Part shown: positions 58,079 through 64,000 of the stretch, in pieces
Layout: each line of letters starts with the position of its first letter
How positions within the stretch are numbered: position 1 is the stretch's first letter
Assembly: GCA_040285825.1 (NCBI GenBank)
Contig: JAUPSS010000004.1
Location: 6,477,784-6,541,783 of the forward strand
Length of the DNA: 64,000 nt
Direction: 5' to 3'
Source: Eukaryota sp. TZLM1-RC
Lineage: Eukaryota; Protista; Metamonada: BaSk clade
Position numbers and translations under genes: made by a program
Notes under the pieces: generated by a model
Told to the model about the DNA's origin: nothing
The model's input: the letters and a program-made list of their open reading frames with translations, nothing else
Database searches by the model: none

Positions 58079-60168
58079 ACCTTCATTATATTCATCCAAT
58101 GTCATCTACTATCTCCCCCTCTGAACTTAAAGAGATTCGTGTTGAGTTTCAACTCATTGACTCTGACGGTTCTAGTACTCTTGACAAACATGAACTCAAT
58201 GAGCTTTTCATCAAGTTCAACCAAAAAGTTCCCATGTCAGAAATTGAAGCCATGATTGCAGAAGTCTCCAATGATGGTGAGCTCACGTTTGACCAATTTA
58301 TCAGTATTGTAACTAGCATTCGTCAAGGAAAGGACTCCTCTGGTATTGGAAAATACCTCAAGAAGTTTCTCCGTATATGTAAGGTAGAAGCTGGTAATTC
58401 TTACCACTCGTATTCCCTTGCTGAAGTGTCTGGTACTGTTGGTTTTATCAATTCAACCCTAAAGGATGACGAACTTGTAGCAGACAAGCTTCCATTAGCC
58501 GACGACCCTGACGCCCTTTTTGACAGTCTAGGAGATGGTCTTGTTTTGTCTTCCTTGGTTAACAAAGTTGAACCTGGCACAATCCATACTGATGCTCTCA
58601 ACAAACCCAAAGCCGGCAAACCTTTGAACAGGTTCCATTGCCTAGAGAACCTTCAACTTGCTCTAAGCTCTTGCAAATCCGTCGGTTTTACGGTTATCTC
58701 CATGGGTCCTGAAGATATTATTAGTGGTGCTCCCCATCTCTGTCTTGGTTTGTTGTGGCAAGCTGTTCGTTCTCTTCTTGGGCAAAGCGTTAACATTACC
58801 AAACATCCTGAGCTGGCGGTTCTTCTGGAAAGGGGAGAGGACCTTGAAGAATTTATCAAACTACCTGCTGAAACAATTCTTTTAAGATGGGTCAATTTCC
58901 ATTTAAAAAATGCTGGACAAGACCAAATTAAGAATTTTGGTGAAGATTTGGTTGACGGAAGAGTCTTGGCTCATTTACTGGCTGAGATTACCAAGAGAAC
59001 CTGTAGGGTTGATGCCGAATCAATACTTGCGTTAGCTGAAGGTAGGCCCAGGGTATCTAGAATTCTGGAAATAATACGTGAAGACCTCAAAGCCAAGCCA
59101 GTTGCTACCTTGCGTTCAGTCCTGGCAGCTAATGAGAAGATGAACTTGGTGCTACTAGCTGAATTATTTGAAACTTGCCCAGGTCTTTATGCCGAAGAAG
59201 AAGATAATATGGAAGAATTACTAGCCCAACTTGCTGCTTACTCGTCCTCAAATGCTCTCACTGCTGAAGAAAGGCAATTCACCAATTGGATCAATAATCT
59301 TGATGAATCAATCAAAATCAACGACATGTACACTGATTTAAAAGATGGCGTCATTTTGGCAAAGGTTATTGACCAAATTGTTCCTGGTGCAGTTGATTTC
59401 AAGCGAATTCAATTACCAAAAGGTGACCGTAAACTTAATAAGTTTGCTATTCTTGGTAATTGTAATTATGTCTTGGACCGCCTTAGTCATATTGGAATCA
59501 AATTGGTAAATATTGATGCTAATTGTATTGCTGATAGTGATCGTAAAATGCTTCCCAGTATATTATTCCAAGCCCAAAGAGCCCATATGATTAAATCCCA
59601 CTCAAGTGTTTTGGGAGCTAATGTTACCGATAAAATGTTGTTGGAAATTGCCAATAACCTGGTCACTTCTGTTGGGGGTCAGCCTGTACCTTCTACCAGA
59701 GATCGTTCTCTCTCTAATTCAATGTTCTTTTATCATCTTTTGGATGCTGTCTTCCCTGGTAAGATGAATAGACAAATTATGAAACCCGGCAATGATGAAG
59801 AAGAAAAGATTATGAATGCTCGTTATGTACTCACAATGATGAGAAAGTTGTGTGATAGTGTTATCTTTGCTTCTGATGAGCATTTGGTTCAAGTTAATTC
59901 TAGGTTTATCAATTCTATTCTGATTGCTATTGTTGGTCAACATATGTCCAACGAGAAGGAGGCTTCACAGTAGGTTTATTTGTTGATGTAAATTTGTATT
60001 TATAATTGTTCTTTATAAGGTGGTATTTACATCTATAAACAGCTAAAAACTAAAATTATTCTCTATCCAAAACTTCAACTTTTTCCTTTGAAGGTTCATG
60101 ATTTACTGAACTAGCAAATGTTTCCAATACAGCTTTTGTATCCATTGTTTTTAATGAAACATTTTCTT
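58079..60168 (+). repeat. Right arm of the inverted duplication (fimbrin plus the last ~110 nt of Mot1 in antisense)
   Basis: See left arm. Confidence 0.92.
58099..59973 (+). CDS. Fimbrin/plastin, copy B
   Basis: Translation identical to copy A. Confidence 0.92.
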   Translation: MSSTISPSELKEIRVEFQLIDSDGSSTLDKHELNELFIKFNQKVPMSEIEAMIAEVSNDGELTFDQFISIVTSIRQGKDSSGIGKYLKKFLRICKVEAGNSYHSYSLAEVSGTVGFINSTLKDDELVADKLPLADDPDALFDSLGDGLVLSSLVNKVEPGTIHTDALNKPKAGKPLNRFHCLENLQLALSSCKSVGFTVISMGPEDIISGAPHLCLGLLWQAVRSLLGQSVNITKHPELAVLLERGEDLEEFIKLPAETILLRWVNFHLKNAGQDQIKNFGEDLVDGRVLAHLLAEITKRTCRVDAESILALAEGRPRVSRILEIIREDLKAKPVATLRSVLAANEKMNLVLLAELFETCPGLYAEEEDNMEELLAQLAAYSSSNALTAEERQFTNWINNLDESIKINDMYTDLKDGVILAKVIDQIVPGAVDFKRIQLPKGDRKLNKFAILGNCNYVLDRLSHIGIKLVNIDANCIADSDRKMLPSILFQAQRAHMIKSHSSVLGANVTDKMLLEIANNLVTSVGGQPVPSTRDRSLSNSMFFYHLLDAVFPGKMNRQIMKPGNDEEEKIMNARYVLTMMRKLCDSVIFASDEHLVQVNSRFINSILIAIVGQHMSNEKEASQ

Positions 60169-60778
60169 ACAATAGATGAGCTCACTTTACAAAAAACTTG
60201 GACAATTGGAGACAACAAATTTCTTTTGACCCTCTCAGTGTTGCAGGCATTTCAAAAGACATGGTTGCAGGGAAGTACCTAGGATTACAAGGTCCAAAGG
60301 TCCTAAATCTCAAATTTAGTCATATCCTGGGAATGAAGTTGTTAATCAAGGAGTTTCAAGTGTGATGTTATGCAAGGAAACGATTTCTGAAAATCTTCAA
60401 AACGTTGAGTGGAAGGAGATTCACCCAAGTCTCTACATAGGAGAAAATAAAGTTCGTGTAAAAGAGAAGTTGTGAATGTTTCTATTTAAAGATTAAAGAA
60501 GTGTTAAGTTGATCACATTATGAAAAAAAACTTTACCCGAACTCATTGAAATAACACACTCTCTTGATTGAATATGTTACTGTAATCAACTAAAAAAACT
60601 CCTTCAACTGTAACCTTTTCAAGAAAGAAAATAGTTGAGGCATCTTGAGCATCACGTATTGAAGTGTTTAATTATCATTTTGCTCTTGTTTTTATTTTTT
60701 ATAGATGTAAGAAGTTGTGAATAAATGAAATTTTATTGTTGACTGTCTGATCTTTTCTCGACTGACATATTCACCCCA

Positions 60779-62688
60779 ATGGCAAATCCAGAGTTGCCAC
60801 GTCGAGGGCGTGTACTCCCCTGGGAGGTTAACCGTCGTGAGCAACCAATAAACGACTGCAAAACGACAGTTCCAGCAAGTGCTGCTCAGTTCTTCTCTAC
60901 TGCAGCTCTTGCTTCAATGGAAAGACAGTTTCGCTATATTCGAACTGTCACTGTGCTTATTGCCCGGTAAGCACAGCTGTTCGTCCTGCAGTATCCGGAA
61001 TGGCTTTCTGGTTATATCTACAACAGTCTTGGTATCAATGCCAAGACTTTCTAATGGTACCTCATCCGACTGTGAGACGCCCATTCGAGCATCAAATGGA
61101 AGTGTACCGCGCACTCTATGATGTATCTTTCCGACCTGGCTGGCCGTTTTTTCCTATTGGCTTTCAGAAGGGAACCGACAACTGGTGCCATTCTGACATT
61201 AGGAGCTTTCGCGCACTGCAATGGCGAACAGCTTTTGTCAAACACTTACTGATGGCCCTGTCTCCTGGAAGCTGAACTTCTTCTGGACAATGGCTACCTT
61301 CTTTGAGTGTCCTTGCCCAAAGAAATATGCTTCATTAGTGGTGAACACGACTGCAGCCACTATTCCTGACTTTTTGCGCATGGTATGATGAAGGTCACCA
61401 TGAGTACATAATGGACCTATTTACTCAGCAGGTTGCCGAACCTGATCGTTTTGACACTATGTTGATGCCGGACAATGTTGATCTCAATCCAGACAACATC
61501 ACCTTCTTATTCACTGCTGCGCTAAATATTTTATCCTTTCTGGAAAATATTGCATCTGACACCATGCGAAGAAATGCCGTGTCCCCATTTACCCAGTTAT
61601 TCTCCTGGATTTAACTCTTTTAGTCAAAAACTGGAAAAGCATTTTCTCTCTTTTATTGCCAACCACTGTCTGCTGAAAGATCCGTTTGCCTTTTTCAGAA
61701 AAAAGCAGTATCTTACTTACACAATCAGTTCAGATGCTGTTTCAATCCGCTTCACTTTTTCTTTTGCCCCCAAAAAAATAAAAATCGCCAGACAGCCAGA
61801 GAATTGACAACCACCATAGCCAGTAGGGAACTCGATATGCCTGCAATGAGTCGAATTCGGAACTCTAGACTTCAACAACAGGTCCGTCCAAGACAACGTC
61901 GAAGAACTGACGACGCCTATGGGCCTCCTCCAGTTGATCCAATTGAATATTCATTTTGTGCAATTGATCCCAACCACAAAAATTTGTGTGGTTATTCAAT
62001 TGGATCAAGAATTGATAATAACAATGTTGATCATCAACTTTTGGGCCTTGTTCTGAATCCAAAGGCAAGGAAGATGATTCACCCCCCGGTCCTGACCCAT
62101 GCACCACCACATTGCTATTTTGTTAAGAATTTACACAAATATCTTAATGAAATAGCAACGCCTTTGATGTGGGTACCGACACAGGAAGAAATCAGCAATC
62201 CCGACTTCCTTCCGAGAACTGCACTAGACCAACTGCAAATAAATGAAGATCGTCGAGCCCTGCGCCGCAACAAGTTTGATTTTTTATAAGAAGGCAAAAA
62301 AGAATAATGGGATTTATTGAAAAAATTAAACTAATGGCTAATGGAAGAGAAACCATATTTTGGTTTGGCAGTGGAGGTGATGGGCCATCAAGACAATCTG
62401 TGAAAACCCCAAGGAAGCGCTTTTTGAAGGAGATTCAGAAACATTTTACATATGTGCAGCATAATGGAGATGAATTCTACACATCTGCCAAAACGAATTG
62501 CTGTAAGGTATTCAATCAAAAGTTGTATCACGATGATGGGAGGGTGAACAATGATAAGTTTGTATGCCCTCAATGTCAGACACTCTGGTCGAGATAACAT
62601 CTCAGCTTCCAGAAACCAACTGGAGATTGCCATAAGTGCACACTACTACAATGAAAGACCTGAGGCGTTCCGGAGACCCCGTAGATAA
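60779..62688 (+). pseudogene. Second near full-length Fanzor1-like gene, multiple stops and frameshifts
   Basis: ISSDAVSIRFTF, RuvC-I AIDPN, FWFGSG, RuvC-II DEFYTS, NCC..CPQC, RuvC-III WSR(D)..ISASRN (frameshift), ERPEAF. Confidence 0.78.
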
Positions 62689-62800
62689 GTGTTTTTCCAT
62701 GTATTGCGTACCTGTACGCGTATTGTGACGTTGCTGCTTTAACTATCATTTCATCGTGATATCATATAGTGATAGAACTAAAGTAAGCTTAACGTCTATC
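62689..62800 (+). ncRNA. Candidate omegaRNA scaffold of the second Fanzor
   Basis: Hairpin GCGTA-CCTG-TACGC and nested stems GACGTT/AACGTC, GCTTTA/TAAAGT, CTATCAT/GTGATAG directly after the stop codon. Confidence 0.45.
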
Positions 62801-62859
62801 AAGATTGCATTGGTCAAAAGCTAGAAGTGTGTTTTGATAGAAATTTACAGTGCAGTTTT

Positions 62860-64000
62860 ATGTTGTCTCGCCAACTCTGGCATCTGCTGTTTCAGCATTG
62901 TTCTGTACGAACGCTTCTTCGGATTCGTGCAGTTTCCAATCATTTTCATGAAGTCAGTGTTCAACATTTGAAGTCTGTTTCAACTCTTAACATGGCTGAT
63001 TTCCGCTCCCATGGTTCGGAGTTTATATCCTTTTTGAATGATTGTACTAGGGTAAAGCACCTTTATGCTGAACGATTGGCATATAATCTTGTCAATGATG
63101 CTTTCACAGAATACCTTTTGAAAAGTCAACACATAGTCCATCTAGATGAACCAATATCCATAATTCATGAACTACACTCCATCGTGGACAACTTGAAGGT
63201 TGATATTGTGTTTGGTCAACCATTGCCTGATCTAATGCCATTAACTAATGCAAATCGTTCATTGCATATGCACTTGTCAGAACCTTTCAACCAATCCAGT
63301 TTTGCTGTTTTTTCTGATCGAATACTGCTACAAATTCACGCAATTTCACGATGGATTGCCGAACAACAGCCATTCATCGAAGAGGTATACCTTACGCTAT
63401 TAGTTAGGTCAGCAGAATCATCATTCTTAAAAGAACCACTAAGTAATCTGCTTAATGTGTTGACTCACCATCCCATCAAGTCTCTAAGTTTTTCTCGAGC
63501 GTTTTGGGAATATATTGAAAAGGACTTCCCCATAAATAGTGAATTTCGGTTATTGAAAAACCTTAGCATTGGATGTCTCTCACATACTGCCACACGAGAT
63601 GGTATCTCATTACTACCACAGTTGTCCTCTTTGACTTTAACTATTAGAGAAGAACACTGCAATCCAGTTATGCTTGATCTTTTTGCCAAGCTCACACATC
63701 TTGTCTTGTGTTTAAAGAGTTCTTCGGAATTGGATGTGACGTGCCTATCCTCAATGTCGGATTTTTGTAACAGATTTGCCTCATTGACAAAATTGAGAAC
63801 TCTCTGTATTGATGGGCATGGAGAAGTGGCCTTTCTGCATGTTCCTTTAAACCTTGATATGCTGAAGGTTTCTCTATTTGGTCATCCATTCAGCAATGTG
63901 AACCTACTACCACCAAATCTTGCTGTGATTCAACTAGAAAAGGTCACGGTTAATACTGAGTGTCTCTGTAGTCTTGTTCAACGTTGTCGTCTATTAAGAA
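62860..64000 (+). CDS. F-box-like + leucine-rich repeat protein (partial; open to the window end, missing from the ORF track)
   Basis: 380 open codons from ATG 62860; LSRQLWHLLFQHCSVRTLLRIRAVSNHF F-box-like; LPQLSSLTL, FAKLTHLVL, LTKLRTLCI repeats. Confidence 0.7.
   Translation, partial: MLSRQLWHLLFQHCSVRTLLRIRAVSNHFHEVSVQHLKSVSTLNMADFRSHGSEFISFLNDCTRVKHLYAERLAYNLVNDAFTEYLLKSQHIVHLDEPISIIHELHSIVDNLKVDIVFGQPLPDLMPLTNANRSLHMHLSEPFNQSSFAVFSDRILLQIHAISRWIAEQQPFIEEVYLTLLVRSAESSFLKEPLSNLLNVLTHHPIKSLSFSRAFWEYIEKDFPINSEFRLLKNLSIGCLSHTATRDGISLLPQLSSLTLTIREEHCNPVMLDLFAKLTHLVLCLKSSSELDVTCLSSMSDFCNRFASLTKLRTLCIDGHGEVAFLHVPLNLDMLKVSLFGHPFSNVNLLPPNLAVIQLEKVTVNTECLCSLVQRCRLLR

Noticed and set aside
58030-58098. 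23-aa N-terminal extension of fimbrin copy B
   Set aside because: Mostly outside the duplicated arm; copy A starts at the ATG equivalent to 58099
60170-60720. Possible decayed transposase upstream of the second Fanzor
   Set aside because: No supportable catalytic motif in any frame

Overview
AT-rich, gene-dense genomic DNA from a unicellular eukaryote (standard genetic code, 28-55 nt GT-AG introns; the lineage cannot be fixed from this sequence). Host genes: a CaMKK-like kinase fused to a histidine-kinase-type domain, S28 serine peptidase, Nudix hydrolase, eS10, PIG-L, uL23, a COMM-domain ORF, LKR/SDH (AASS), an LMBR1-family protein, kinesin, an SDR, Mot1/BTAF1, two inverted fimbrin copies flanking a Schlafen(AlbA_2)-STAND NTPase gene, and an F-box/LRR gene running off the end. 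Intergenic space is filled with mobile DNA: (i) a 12-kb tandem array of four Gag+integrase LTR elements with no protease/RT/RNase H, sharing five 186-bp LTRs, with a GAGA TSD; (ii) many decayed RLE-type non-LTR retrotransposon fragments; (iii) a hAT-type MITE with an 8-bp TSD; (iv) four Fanzor (eukaryotic TnpB-like) loci. The most notable observation is a ~245-nt multi-stem RNA-like element directly 3' of one Fanzor ORF. It recurs at about 94% identity, without any Fanzor ORF and with a different 3' flank, 27 bp upstream of the kinesin start codon. This is a candidate omegaRNA scaffold plus an orphan, possibly trans-acting, guide locus.
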